From contig JAQBRL010000020.1 of assembly GCA_028286525.1 (NCBI GenBank), forward strand, positions 7,444 to 71,443: DNA of 64,000 nt, in the 5' to 3' direction. A model generated the notes under the pieces. The model had not been told where the DNA came from. It worked only from the letters and a program-made list of their open reading frames with translations, and made no database searches. Source of the DNA: Parcubacteria group bacterium (GTDB taxonomy: Bacteria > Patescibacteriota > Minisyncoccia > Phycocordibacterales > Phycocordibacteraceae). Both the position numbers and the translations under genes were made by a program. Position 1 is the first letter of the stretch. Each line of letters starts with the position of its first letter. This document shows positions 49,586 through 60,300 of this stretch, piece after piece.

Positions 49586-50737
49586 ATGAAAATCGTCTTT
49601 ACCGGTGGCGGCACGGGCGGCCATTTCTATCCGATCATCGCGATCGCGGAAGCTATGCGCGAACTCACGAACGAGCGCCGCTTGCTTGCGCCACAGATGT
49701 ATTTCATCGCTCCTAAGCCCTTCGACCCGGAAGCGCTATTCGAGAACCAGATACAATTCATTGCCTGCCCAGCCGGGAAGATGCGTCGATACAAGAGCCT
49801 TAAGAATTTTACCGACCTCTTTATTACCTTCGGCGGAGTAGTGAGCGCGGTCATTACGCTCTTCCGCATCTATCCGGACGTCGTGGTTTCCAAAGGCGGC
49901 TACACGAGCGTGCCGGTGACCATCGCGGCGAACCTTCTCCATATACCGGTCATCATCCATGAGTCAGATGCGCATCCGGGCCGGGCCAACCTGCTCGCCG
50001 CCAAGCACGCCGCGCGCATCGCCGTCGCGTTCGATTCCGCACGCACGTTCTTTCCTGCAAAAGCCCAAGACAAGATCGCTCGCATCGGCATCCCTATCCG
50101 CAAGGGCGTCGCGTTCGTGGACGCCGAGGGCGCCATACAAGAGCTGGGCCTCGAGCGCACCATCCCGACCATCCTCATCCTCGGCGGCTCCTCCGGCTCG
50201 GCGCACATCAATGAGACGGTGCTGTCGACGCTTCCGGACTTGGTATCCTTCGCGAACGTCATTCACCAGACCGGCAAGGACCTGTTCAAGGAAACGGAAG
50301 GGACGAGCTCCGTTATCCTGCAGGGCAATGAGCACAAGAATCGGTACCATGTCTTCCCATATCTCAACTCGCTCTCGTTGCGCCGCGCCGCAGGCGCGGC
50401 GACGCTCGTCATCTCGCGCGCCGGCTCCACCGCTATTTCCGAGATCTCTCTTTGGAAGAAGCCCGCCATCCTCATTCCTATCCCGGAAGTGGTCAGCCAT
50501 GACCAGCGCACCAACGCCTACGCATACGCCCACACGGGTGCTGCGGTGGTGCTCGAAGAAGGGAACATGACGCCGCACGTGCTCGCGAGCGAAGCGCGCC
50601 GCATCGCGCTGGATCCGGCGGTCGCGAGCGCCATGGCGCTCAAAGGGGCTGATTTCGCGAATCCCGAAGCCGCGCGCATGATCGCGGACGAAGCCCTTTC
50701 TATCGCCCTTGCGCACGAACCGGCGGAAATGGCCTGA
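49586..50737 (+). CDS. murG: Lipid II GlcNAc transferase MurG
   Basis: TGGGTGGHFYP, KGGY.S.P, HESD, GGS.G, DQ..NA. Confidence 0.95.
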   Translation: MKIVFTGGGTGGHFYPIIAIAEAMRELTNERRLLAPQMYFIAPKPFDPEALFENQIQFIACPAGKMRRYKSLKNFTDLFITFGGVVSAVITLFRIYPDVVVSKGGYTSVPVTIAANLLHIPVIIHESDAHPGRANLLAAKHAARIAVAFDSARTFFPAKAQDKIARIGIPIRKGVAFVDAEGAIQELGLERTIPTILILGGSSGSAHINETVLSTLPDLVSFANVIHQTGKDLFKETEGTSSVILQGNEHKNRYHVFPYLNSLSLRRAAGAATLVISRAGSTAISEISLWKKPAILIPIPEVVSHDQRTNAYAYAHTGAAVVLEEGNMTPHVLASEARRIALDPAVASAMALKGADFANPEAARMIADEALSIALAHEPAEMA

Positions 50738-50849
50738 AATGGCCAAATACTTTGTTGCGGGTCCCGCCTCATTTCTCCGTCGTACTATGAGTACGCCTAC
50801 GAAATGCGACTGCCCGCGTCGCGTCTTTGACGCATTGCAGGCACATTTC
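50726..50849. repeat. ~124-bp imperfect palindromic element, copy 2
   Basis: Arms gaaatggcctgaaatg / cattgcaggcacatttc; central cgtact-atg-agtacg (50781-50795) identical to copy 1. Confidence 0.8.
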
Positions 50850-50859
50850 GAAGAGCGAA

Positions 50860-50928
50860 GTCGTCCTGCGAAAAATCGACTAAGACTTGGCCAAGCGGCC
50901 CGAAGCGGTCGATTTTTCGTAGGACGAC
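50860..50928. repeat. 21-bp inverted repeat upstream of gltX
   Basis: gtcgtcctgcgaaaaatcgac...gtcgatttttcgtaggacgac, with one G-T pair. Confidence 0.75.
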
Positions 50929-50947
50929 GAAGTGATAAAGTAGCTAT

Positions 50948-52369
50948 ATGAACGTACGCACAAGGTTTGCGCCCAGCCCCACTGGCTTCATGCATGTAGG
51001 CGGCATCCGCACCGCCCTCTTCTCGTGGCTATACGCCCGCAAGCATGGGGGGCAATTCATATTGCGTATCGAGGATACCGACCAGGAGCGGGAAACGGAG
51101 GGCTCGGTAGGGCACATCATCGAATCCCTGAAGTGGCTCGGTATCGAGTACGACGAGGGTCCGGACATCGGCGGAGCGCATGACCCGTACTTCCAGTCGG
51201 CCCGCCTCGACCTGTACAAGCGCTATGCGGATCAGCTCATCGCGGCAGGGTTCGCGTACGCCGACCCGTTCACCGAAGAGGAAGTGGAAGCACTGCGCGC
51301 GCAGGCGGAAGCCGAGAAGCGTCCCTTCCTGTACCGCGAGCATCGGCCGGAGACGTTCGACGAATGGGACGGCACGCGCCCGCTGCGCTTTCGCGTACCC
51401 GAGGTCAAGCGCTACACCTGGACCGACCTCGTGCGCGGCGAGCTTACGGCGGGTGAGGAAGCGCTCGACGATTTCATACTCATCAAGACGGATGGATTCC
51501 CGACATATAACTTCGCCCATGTCGTGGACGATATAGAAATGGAGATAACCCACGTGATGCGGGGCGAGGAATTCATCTCCTCCACGCCAAAATTCCTCTC
51601 GCTCTACGAGGCGCTCGATACGGCGCCGCCTGCATTCGCTACGATGCCGGTCATCCTCGGACCCGATGGCAAAAAGAAACTTTCGAAGCGCGACGGGGCA
51701 AAAGACATCCTTGAATATCGCGATGAGGGCTATCTGCCGCAGGCCATGCGCAATTTCCTTGCGCTCGTCGGGTGGAATCCGGGTACCGAGCAGGAAGTGC
51801 TCTCGGACGATGAGCTTACTTCCGCGTTCGATATCACGCGCGTCCAGAAGAGCGGGGGAGCCTTCGACGAGCAGAAGCTGCTGTTCATCAATCGCGAATG
51901 GATGCGACGCTTATCGGATGAAGACTTCATACTCGAAGGCGAGCTTGAGGCATCCAGCACCAGCAGATTGCTCGCTGCCGTACCGCTTCTGAAGGAGCGT
52001 GCGTCCACCTTTGCGGAGGCCCGCGGAATGCTTACCAGAGAGCTCGCCTGCCTTTTCTCCACTCCGTCGCCTGAGCGCGACCCGCTCATAGAGAAAGCAC
52101 CGCCCGAAGCCACAAAAGCCCATTTGCAAGCGTTTTTAGGCCTTATAGAGGGGCTTCCGCCGCTTACGCATGCCGATATGGTCAAAGAAGCGCTTATGCC
52201 GTACGCGGATGCGATTCCGAAGGAAGCGGGCGGCCGCGGAGCGGCCCTGTGGCCGCTCCGCTATGCGCTTTCCGGAGCCGAGCGTTCGCCTGACCCCTTC
52301 ACCCTCATCCATATACTGGGCGCAAACGAATCGCTCTCGCGCATCAAGAACGCAATTGATATACTTTAG
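50948..52369 (+). CDS. gltX: Glutamate--tRNA ligase
   Basis: RFAPSPTG.MHVG, LRIEDTD, PTYNFA.VVDD, KLSKR. Confidence 0.97.
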   Translation: MNVRTRFAPSPTGFMHVGGIRTALFSWLYARKHGGQFILRIEDTDQERETEGSVGHIIESLKWLGIEYDEGPDIGGAHDPYFQSARLDLYKRYADQLIAAGFAYADPFTEEEVEALRAQAEAEKRPFLYREHRPETFDEWDGTRPLRFRVPEVKRYTWTDLVRGELTAGEEALDDFILIKTDGFPTYNFAHVVDDIEMEITHVMRGEEFISSTPKFLSLYEALDTAPPAFATMPVILGPDGKKKLSKRDGAKDILEYRDEGYLPQAMRNFLALVGWNPGTEQEVLSDDELTSAFDITRVQKSGGAFDEQKLLFINREWMRRLSDEDFILEGELEASSTSRLLAAVPLLKERASTFAEARGMLTRELACLFSTPSPERDPLIEKAPPEATKAHLQAFLGLIEGLPPLTHADMVKEALMPYADAIPKEAGGRGAALWPLRYALSGAERSPDPFTLIHILGANESLSRIKNAIDIL

Positions 52370-52372
52370 GGA

Positions 52373-53725
52373 ATGCAGGTACGTTCATTCGGTATTGCCC
52401 TCATCCTGCTCGCACTCTCACTCGCGTTCGTCGGCCCGTTCACGCATAGCGTAGAGGCCCAAGCTGCCGCTGATATCCAGCAGCAGATAGCAGCGCATAA
52501 CAAGCAGATCGCGGACCTCGACGCCGAGATCGCTGCCTACCAGAAGCAGTTGGATGCACTCGGCAACCAGCATCAGACGCTCGCCACTTCCATCAAGTCG
52601 CTCGATACGCAGCGGGCACAGCTCACGACGAAGATCAAATCGTTGCAGCAGCAGATAACGGCGCTCAATCTCGAACTCAAGCAGCTCGGCTATCAGATAG
52701 CGGACAAGCAGCAATCCATCGATCTCAATAAGCGCGCGGTCGCGCAATCGCTGCGCGACATCGCGCTCGCCGATAATTCCTCCGTCGTGGAGCAGGTATT
52801 CTCTTCCAATAATCTCACCGACGCGTGGGCCGCCGTCGATGCGAACGTAACGCTGAACCAAGCGCTCCAAGGGCATACGGCGCAGCTCGTGCAGGTGAAG
52901 CAGGAACTTTCCAATCAGCAGCAGTCGGTCAATCAAACCCAGGCGAAATTAGTGACGGTCACCACCGACCTGGGTACGCAGAAAAAAGCGGTGGACGTTA
53001 CGGTGTCGCAAAAGAGCCAGCTGCTCGCGCAGACCAAGAGCCAGGAGAGCAGCTATCAGAGCCTCATCGCCACGAAGAAGGCGCAGCAGAAAGCATTCGA
53101 AAGCGAACTCACCGCGCTCGAAGGCCAACTGAAATCCGTGGGTACCGCGAGCATCCCGCATGTGGGGCAGGGAATACTCAATTGGCCATTCTCTGCGTCC
53201 TTCGCGCAGCACTGCATCGCGATATCCGGCGTGCTCAAGAACAATTACTGCGTCACGCAATACTTCGGCAATACCGCGTTCGCAGCCTCCGGGGCATATA
53301 ACGGAAGCGGCCATAACGGCATCGATATCGGTATGCCTATCGGCACGCCCGTGCAGGCAGCGCTCTCCGGAACGGTGCTCGGCACCGGCAACACCGACCT
53401 CGCCCATGACGCGGCAGGCAATCAGTGCTACTCATTCGGTAAATGGGTCATGATCAAGCACGCCAACGGCCTTTCCACGATGTACGGCCACCTGTCGCAA
53501 ATAAACGTATCGAAAGGACAGGCCGTCTCTACCGGCGACGTGCTTGGATTCTCGGGCGAGACCGGATACGCGACCGGGCCGCATCTCCATTTCGGCGTGT
53601 ATGCGAGCGCGGGCGTGCAGATACTTACGCTCGGTCAGTTCAAGGGCGGAGCCAGCCCATGCGCGAACGCTTCCATGCCGGTCGCTCCGCTTAACGCATA
53701 CCTGAATCCGACATCGTATCTGTAG
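52373..53725 (+). CDS. Coiled-coil M23 family peptidase (EnvC-like)
   Basis: Signal peptide, long Gln-rich coiled coil, HNGID, YGHL, TGPHLH. Confidence 0.92.
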   Translation: MQVRSFGIALILLALSLAFVGPFTHSVEAQAAADIQQQIAAHNKQIADLDAEIAAYQKQLDALGNQHQTLATSIKSLDTQRAQLTTKIKSLQQQITALNLELKQLGYQIADKQQSIDLNKRAVAQSLRDIALADNSSVVEQVFSSNNLTDAWAAVDANVTLNQALQGHTAQLVQVKQELSNQQQSVNQTQAKLVTVTTDLGTQKKAVDVTVSQKSQLLAQTKSQESSYQSLIATKKAQQKAFESELTALEGQLKSVGTASIPHVGQGILNWPFSASFAQHCIAISGVLKNNYCVTQYFGNTAFAASGAYNGSGHNGIDIGMPIGTPVQAALSGTVLGTGNTDLAHDAAGNQCYSFGKWVMIKHANGLSTMYGHLSQINVSKGQAVSTGDVLGFSGETGYATGPHLHFGVYASAGVQILTLGQFKGGASPCANASMPVAPLNAYLNPTSYL

Positions 53726-53765
53726 TAGTTCGATCCCTAGTCTCCCCTAACTTATAATTATTCTT

Positions 53766-54209
53766 ATGAGTAAGAAAAAAATATGGCTACCTATAGTAAT
53801 CCTACTGATCATTATAGTTGGTCTGGTAATTGCAATGAATAGGAATAATGCGATATCGGAGCCAGCTTATACAAATGAGACCAATGGTTCTGTCAGTTCT
53901 TCAAATTCATCAACGTCATATGCCCCTACCCCTATTGATCGTTCAAAACTTCTTAGCGGCAAATTTACCGAGAATCGATCTCCGGACGGTAAGTTCATCT
54001 CACACACCTTTGATAATGAACAAGGTGATTCTGGGGTATATCTAAGCACCAGCAGCGGCACTGACGTTAGTGCAACGTACTGTGGCTACTTTAAAGAATG
54101 GTCGCCTGATAGCAAAAAAATAACCGTATTTGTCCCTGAAGAGTGCGGTAAGGGTGTGCCACAGAATGAGACCTTTGAGCTACATGTCGATGGCACTATA
54201 AGTAAGTAA
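53766..54209 (+). CDS. AT-rich membrane-anchored hypothetical protein
   Basis: N-terminal TM; two SPDG/WSPDS (TolB-like) motifs; low GC. Confidence 0.7.
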   Translation: MSKKKIWLPIVILLIIIVGLVIAMNRNNAISEPAYTNETNGSVSSSNSSTSYAPTPIDRSKLLSGKFTENRSPDGKFISHTFDNEQGDSGVYLSTSSGTDVSATYCGYFKEWSPDSKKITVFVPEECGKGVPQNETFELHVDGTISK

Positions 54210-54282
54210 GTTTTAAGCGGCACACGATCTCTTACGATCCCGTACCGAATTCCTCGCACCAAAACGTGCTAGCATCGCATAT

Positions 54283-54636
54283 ATGAAAACTAGAACTATG
54301 GTAGAGGTGGTCGGAGCACTACTTCTCATCATTCTCTTTGGCTTCGGATGGGCTCGCCAGCACTCCGCTCCACCTGCCGTGCTGCCTGCACAATCGACGA
54401 GGATCTCGGAAGACGACGCCGCACAGATCGCGCTACAGGCCTACCTTGATTCGAAAAAGAGCACCCTGTCCGCGAGCTGTATTTCTGCAGATACCGTACG
54501 TACGGCAACCGATAGCATCGATTTCAATATACGGGAAATCCATAATGCTGCCTGCGGAGGCGATCCGATGACCGCTCCGCGATTAGAGTCCTATACGGTA
54601 AATCTACAGACGGGTAAGGCAACTCTGGAGCAGTAA
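54283..54636 (+). CDS. Membrane-anchored hypothetical protein
   Basis: N-terminal TM; REIH..CGGDP.TAPRL motif. Confidence 0.65.
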   Translation: MKTRTMVEVVGALLLIILFGFGWARQHSAPPAVLPAQSTRISEDDAAQIALQAYLDSKKSTLSASCISADTVRTATDSIDFNIREIHNAACGGDPMTAPRLESYTVNLQTGKATLEQ

Positions 54637-54679
54637 TGCTCCAATCTCGTTCCAGCCAACTGCGCTACAATGCCTGCAT

Positions 54680-54898
54680 ATGGCACTAGGGAAGATGGTT
54701 TCGAACCGATTCACGAATGAGAAAGGGAACGATATCTACATACGTGCGAACGAAGAGCCGATACACGGCGTGCCCGGTATCCTTCTGTATATAGCCGGCC
54801 CGGACTCCGACACCGAGATGCACGTCACCCGGCAAGAAGGGCTTGAGCTTCTTATGCTTTTATCGAAGCTTCTGAAACAAGGTCGCCGAACTCGTTAG
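54680..54898 (+). CDS. Small hypothetical protein
   Basis: 72 aa ORF filling the gap; TACAAT 8 nt before ATG. Confidence 0.55.
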   Translation: MALGKMVSNRFTNEKGNDIYIRANEEPIHGVPGILLYIAGPDSDTEMHVTRQEGLELLMLLSKLLKQGRRTR

Positions 54899-54965
54899 AA
54901 AGATTCCAGACCGCGTACGCATTGAATTAATGCGCTCTTCATCCTCGCTTGCTAAAGTGAGGTAA

Positions 54966-55862
54966 ATGGAATTAGGCTCCGCGGTAGATCTGCGTACCCG
55001 TAAGATAGGAGCAGTACTGAACACCGCGAGCGGTAGCTGCACGAGTGAATCCGTTCAGGAGATGGAAGCCATCTTCGAAGAATTCGAATTGAGGCCGGTA
55101 CGTATGTGGTGCAGCGCCTCGAACGAGCTTCCGCAGGCATTCGCCGAAGTCGAGAAACGCGACCTCGATGTGCTGGTCGTGCTCGGCGGCGACGGTACCA
55201 TACGGAGCGCCGCGGAACTCTGCAACGAAAACGGCCCGCTTCTCGTGCCGCTTCCGGGAGGCACGATGAACGTGCTTCCTAAGGCGCTCTATGGAAACGG
55301 CTCATGGCAGGACATATTACGCGCCGTACTTTCGAATCCCCAGGTCAAGCCTGTATCGGGAGGGGAAGTCGAGGGGCACCGATTCTTCATCTCCGCCATA
55401 TGCGGGGCGCCTGCGCTGTGGGCGAAGGTGCGGGAATCGATTCGCGAGGGCGAACTCGGCGCAGCCATCGAGCACGGAAAGGCGGCTCTTGACCGCATGT
55501 TCGCGACGAAGATCCACTACCAATTCAATGAGATGCACGAAGGGGAGACCGAGGCGCTCACCATAAGCTGTCCGTTGGTCTCAAGCGCGCTTGAGGATGA
55601 TCGCGAAGTCTTCGAGGCGGCGGTCATAGATGTCAACGATGCGCCAGATGTGCTCGCCTTTGCGACTGCGGCGGCGTTCGGTGCCTGGCGCGAGACCAAG
55701 CAGGTGGCTATCGTCCGTACGAAGAGCGTGACCGTATCTTCCCGCCGGACGCTTCCTATCATCCTGGACGGCGAGACCATGGATGTCGGAAGCGAAGCCC
55801 GCATCGAATTCGTGCCGCATGCATTCAGCGCGCTCGTTCCGACCGATGAAATACTTCCTTGA
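54966..55862 (+). CDS. Diacylglycerol/lipid kinase family protein
   Basis: N..SG, LGGDGT, PLPGGTMN, LDGE. Confidence 0.9.
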   Translation: MELGSAVDLRTRKIGAVLNTASGSCTSESVQEMEAIFEEFELRPVRMWCSASNELPQAFAEVEKRDLDVLVVLGGDGTIRSAAELCNENGPLLVPLPGGTMNVLPKALYGNGSWQDILRAVLSNPQVKPVSGGEVEGHRFFISAICGAPALWAKVRESIREGELGAAIEHGKAALDRMFATKIHYQFNEMHEGETEALTISCPLVSSALEDDREVFEAAVIDVNDAPDVLAFATAAAFGAWRETKQVAIVRTKSVTVSSRRTLPIILDGETMDVGSEARIEFVPHAFSALVPTDEILP

Positions 55863-56406
55863 TTTCGATCGCACGGTATACGACACCGATGCGTTCAAGA
55901 AAAGCGTCGCGCGCCGGCCGACCTTCCTCGAGCTGATACGCCAATTCGAGGCGGCGGTGCTGGAATTCGCACGACCGCACGCGACGATGACGCGGCGTCG
56001 GAGATTCTTGCGCACCTGGGGAACATTCCTAAGCCATGGCCGCTTTACGTTCACGCCCGAAGAGCTCAAGCAGTTCATCTATCCGGACGTCCCGCCGTTC
56101 CTTGCCGCCCACGACTGCACCATCGTCACCTATGGCGTACGCGCATTCATAACCGCGAAAGTTACTACCGCGCTTACGGACCTTCCGCTTACCGATATCG
56201 TGTATACGAGCAGGAAGAAAGGCCGGACTATCGCCCGTCTGTGCGCCCAGGCGGCCGATGACTGCACTTTCATCGACGACATGCTCTTTCAGCTGGCTTC
56301 GGTTGCCCAGTGGTGCCCCGACGTCACCGTAGTGGAGATGCGCCGCAACGGAGGAGCGGGTGACGGTCGCTGGCCGGTCATCCGTTCCCTCGAAGAACTG
56401 CATTAG
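55846..56406 (+). CDS. HAD-like hydrolase
   Basis: FLDFDRT (DxD), IVTYG, FIDD. Confidence 0.7.
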   Translation: MKYFLDFDRTVYDTDAFKKSVARRPTFLELIRQFEAAVLEFARPHATMTRRRRFLRTWGTFLSHGRFTFTPEELKQFIYPDVPPFLAAHDCTIVTYGVRAFITAKVTTALTDLPLTDIVYTSRKKGRTIARLCAQAADDCTFIDDMLFQLASVAQWCPDVTVVEMRRNGGAGDGRWPVIRSLEELH

Positions 56407-57071
56407 GAAGGATTGTCGCGCGTTCGCCAGAGGATGAGGGACGCGAAGGAGCGATGCGGCGACCATTTCGCCGCTATTTCCGTATATACCTCGCGTTTCG
56501 AATTCATAGGTATGCCATACAGCGCTTCCATGGCGCGCACGAGACCGAGATCGCCGACCGAGAACACATCGCTGCGCCCGAGCGCAAAGATAAGGAACAT
56601 TTCGGCCGTCCAGGTGCCGATGCCCCATATGGCGTTTAACCGTAGAATGGCTTCTTCCTCCGGAAGCTTTCGGAGACCCGCAAGATCGAGCTCACCGGAA
56701 CGCACCGCTCGAGAAAGCTCTTTCAGGGTCTTGGATTTCGCCGCCGAAAGTCCTGCCTTGCGCAGGGTAGGGAGGCGCAGCCGGGCAATGGCTTCAGGGG
56801 TGACCGTTCCGCCGCACGCGGTTTCAAGCCGTCCCCAGATGGTGTCTGCCGCTTTCGTGGAGAGCTGTTGGCCGGTCACGGAGCCCGCGAGAGCCGCGAA
56901 CAGCTTCTGGCTGCCGTAGCGCTTTTCGGCGCTCGAAAAATCGCGCACGTGCGCGTAGTGGGCAAGCGCCGCAGCATACAAGATAGGATCCGCCTTCTTG
57001 AGATAGGCGAGGGCAGCGCGATTGCCGTCGAGCTTCTTCGGCAACGCTGTATGGACTCGCTTGGTGGCCAT
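56403..57071 (-). CDS. DNA-3-methyladenine glycosylase (AlkA-like, HhH-GPD)
   Basis: GQQLS.KAA..I..R, GIGTWTAEMFL, DLG, WSPHRS.A. Confidence 0.92.
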   Translation of the reverse strand: MATKRVHTALPKKLDGNRAALAYLKKADPILYAAALAHYAHVRDFSSAEKRYGSQKLFAALAGSVTGQQLSTKAADTIWGRLETACGGTVTPEAIARLRLPTLRKAGLSAAKSKTLKELSRAVRSGELDLAGLRKLPEEEAILRLNAIWGIGTWTAEMFLIFALGRSDVFSVGDLGLVRAMEALYGIPMNSKREVYTEIAAKWSPHRSFASLILWRTRDNPS

Positions 57072-57313
57072 GGGTGCAGTATAGCGTGAACCCGCGTTCA
57101 CGCGGAGCGGGCTTCTCCCAATCTTCATGCGGTAACCGTCACGGTACGGCAGGAAGAGGGAAAGGGAGCGAGTTCTCGATCGCTCATCCCTACCGCGGAG
57201 GCAATTGACATTTTGCATCCTGGTGGGACACTTTTCCTTAGGAACGGCACAGGCCGTGGGGTTCGGATCGCTTTATTCACGCCGCGCTCGCGGCTCGCTA
57301 ACGGTAGTTACCC

Positions 57314-60300
57314 ATGATTCATACAGAAGCTCGTACGTCCCGGCTTTCTCGGAGCCTCGTCGCCCTACAAGCCAGCATCTCCATGCTGAGCCTCATCGCA
57401 TTATCAGTACCGACCAGCGCGCTCGCATCTCCCGTGTTCCATCAGCAGTGCATATTCGTAAGCGACGCTACTACGCAGCAGGGTGGGCATGACTCGGTGC
57501 CGGTCACGCTCCCGCTTAATCAGTACTGGACCGCCACTATCGCTGACGCGGCCTGGATCTGGGGAGAGGATATCTTCGACATCGCCAAATTCGACCCAAG
57601 CGTCAATAAGACCGAGACATTCACCAAGACCTTTACGGTGACCGGAAGCTCCACAGCATCGCTCAATATCGCCGCCGACAACCTCTATACCGCCCGCATC
57701 AATGGCACGGTCGTCGACCAGCATACCGAGGACCCATACCTCGCCAGCAACTTCGAGACGACCCATACCACCGTGATCCCCGCGGGGCTCATCCATCCCG
57801 GAACGAACACTCTCGAAATAGAAGTGACCAACATCGGCGTCGCCACGGATGCGCGCTACAACCCAGCAGGGCTGCTCTACAAGCTCATCGTAGCGGCAGA
57901 CACCTGCGCAGTCGTACCGCCTGTTCCGCCAGGACCCCAGCCGGGACACCTCGTGCTCACGAAGCATGTGGTGAACGACGGTGGCGGGGTCGCTGCTCCA
58001 AGCGATTTCCAGCTCCATGTCATGACGACGGACGAGTCGCCCCTTGATGTCGCTAATAGCCCGCATGCGGGTTCCGATACAGGAATCACGTACGAACTCG
58101 CTCCAGGCGACTATACCGTCTCCGAGGATCCAGGCGCCCACTATCAAACGACCTATTCGGACTTCTGCGCGGGCGGCCATGTGCATATTACGGCGGGCGG
58201 GAATACCGAATGCCTTGTGACCAACACCTTCGTTCCGCCGCCCTCGTGCACCGTCGTAAGCGACCCAAGCACCCAGGAAGCCGGCCATGACTCGGCAGTG
58301 CTCACCTTCATCCATGCGAGCTGGACGCATCTGCTCGATTCCATGGGAGCCAAGTGGATCTGGGGCGAGGACGGCGTCGTTGACCCGGTCGGGAACACGA
58401 CCGAAGTATTCACCAAGGTCGTGCATGTGAACGGCACGCCTTCGAGCGCGACCGTCGACTTCGCTACCGACAATGGCTACCAGGTACGCGTGAACGGCGT
58501 GCTCGTTGGAACCGATCAGATTGCATCTGAGTTCAATTACGGTGCGACCACGACTCTCAACATCCTCCCGAACCTGACCCCGAATGCGGACAACACGATC
58601 GAGTTCACCGTCCATAACTTGGCAATGACAGGCGGCACGCAGCAGACGAACCCTGCCGGCCTCATCTACGCCATCCACATCAATGACAGCACGTGCAGCA
58701 TCCCGGATCCGCATCAGAGTGCGACCATAGTCGCCACGAAGATCGTCTGCGACAGCGATACCGACCTCCCGAACCTCGCCGGGAACTCTCACGCGACCGA
58801 TGCGAACACCGCTTCAGCATTCCTCGCATCGCATCCGTCCTGCCATCTGCAATCTGGCTGGCAGTTCGAATGGGGGAATCAGGATGCAGGGGACGCGGGT
58901 AATGCGCTCATCGGTCCCGCAGGCAATGGCTATACGACCTCAGCGCAAACCGACGGCACAGGCTCGGTCACTATGACGGTGCCGCTCGCGAACGTGAATT
59001 CGATCCATATCCGCGAAGTCCTCAAGAGCGGCTTCATCCCCTTCACGTTCGACTCCGCGAGCTCCACGCCCAATGGAAATAGCGTAAGTGCCGAACTCTC
59101 GTGCCATCAGGACGGCCTCAACTACGATAACCTCGATTACATTAATAGCCCGACCGCGGGAAATACGTATTACTGCGTCGCGTACAACGCGCCAAAGCCA
59201 AGCGAGGGGCCCGGACCAGGAAAGTTCAAGGTCCATATCTTCAAGTATCTTGATAACGGAGACGGCGGGGTAGCGCAGATCCCGAACGATTCGAACGCGC
59301 CGCATTTCCCGATGATCGCGACGTACAGCATCTTCGGTGTAGGGATAAATCTCTTCCCGGGCGATGGCTACGTACTGGGCGACGGTGGGGGAGTGGGAGG
59401 AAGCGATGGAGGCCTGCAATTCGCGGCCAATACCATCCCGCTTTCGCTCGGCGACACGTACGGCACCCATGAGGTGACCGGCGGCGACAGCGTCGTCGTT
59501 GCGAATGCCGATTCCTGCACTCCCGGTAAATACCTGCTCGAGGGATACAAGACCGGCGACACGTTGAGCGATGCGCAATCAGCGACGATAAGCTCCTCCG
59601 CTCCGAATTATCTCGGCATCATGCACGACAAATACGTCATAGTGGTCAACAAGGCGTGCCCGGCAGGGCAGGGCGGAGGCGACACCACGCATACGGACGA
59701 AACCATCGTCGTGCACGCGGGCGACCTGGACACGACCTCTTCTAATCCGCTGCTCGTGATCGTTGCCGGACTCAACAAATGGTTCTTCTACAACGACACG
59801 AACGATACAGTCGACAACACCCTCGGTTCCTTCGTGACCGGTCCTGCGACCGCACCGCTTGGGACCGGGAGCGCGCAGATGACGGATGCGGATGCGAACG
59901 CACGTCCTGACATCGCGACGTATCAATTCTCCGGCACCAAGCTTGCCGATATCACCTCGCTCGCCTTCAGTGCGTATTCGCACAGCGGCGTAGCGGGCGC
60001 AAGCGAATCGCCGTACCTGGTCATGAACGTGGATTTCACGGGCGTCTCGGGCGCCTATCAGCGCCGCCTCGTGTACGTGCCGAGCGATAACGGCAGCGTG
60101 CCGCAGGATGCATGGAATACGAACGATGCCGTGAATGGCGGAGCAGCTAAGTGGGTATATTCAGGTCCGAACTGGCCCGCGACCCTCGTCGGTCCTGATG
60201 CAGGCCTTACGGTACCAGGTACCACCACCCGCACCTGGAGCGCCATACTCGCTGACTATCCGAATGCCCGCCTGCTTCCTTCGGGCGGCTTCGTGGGCGT

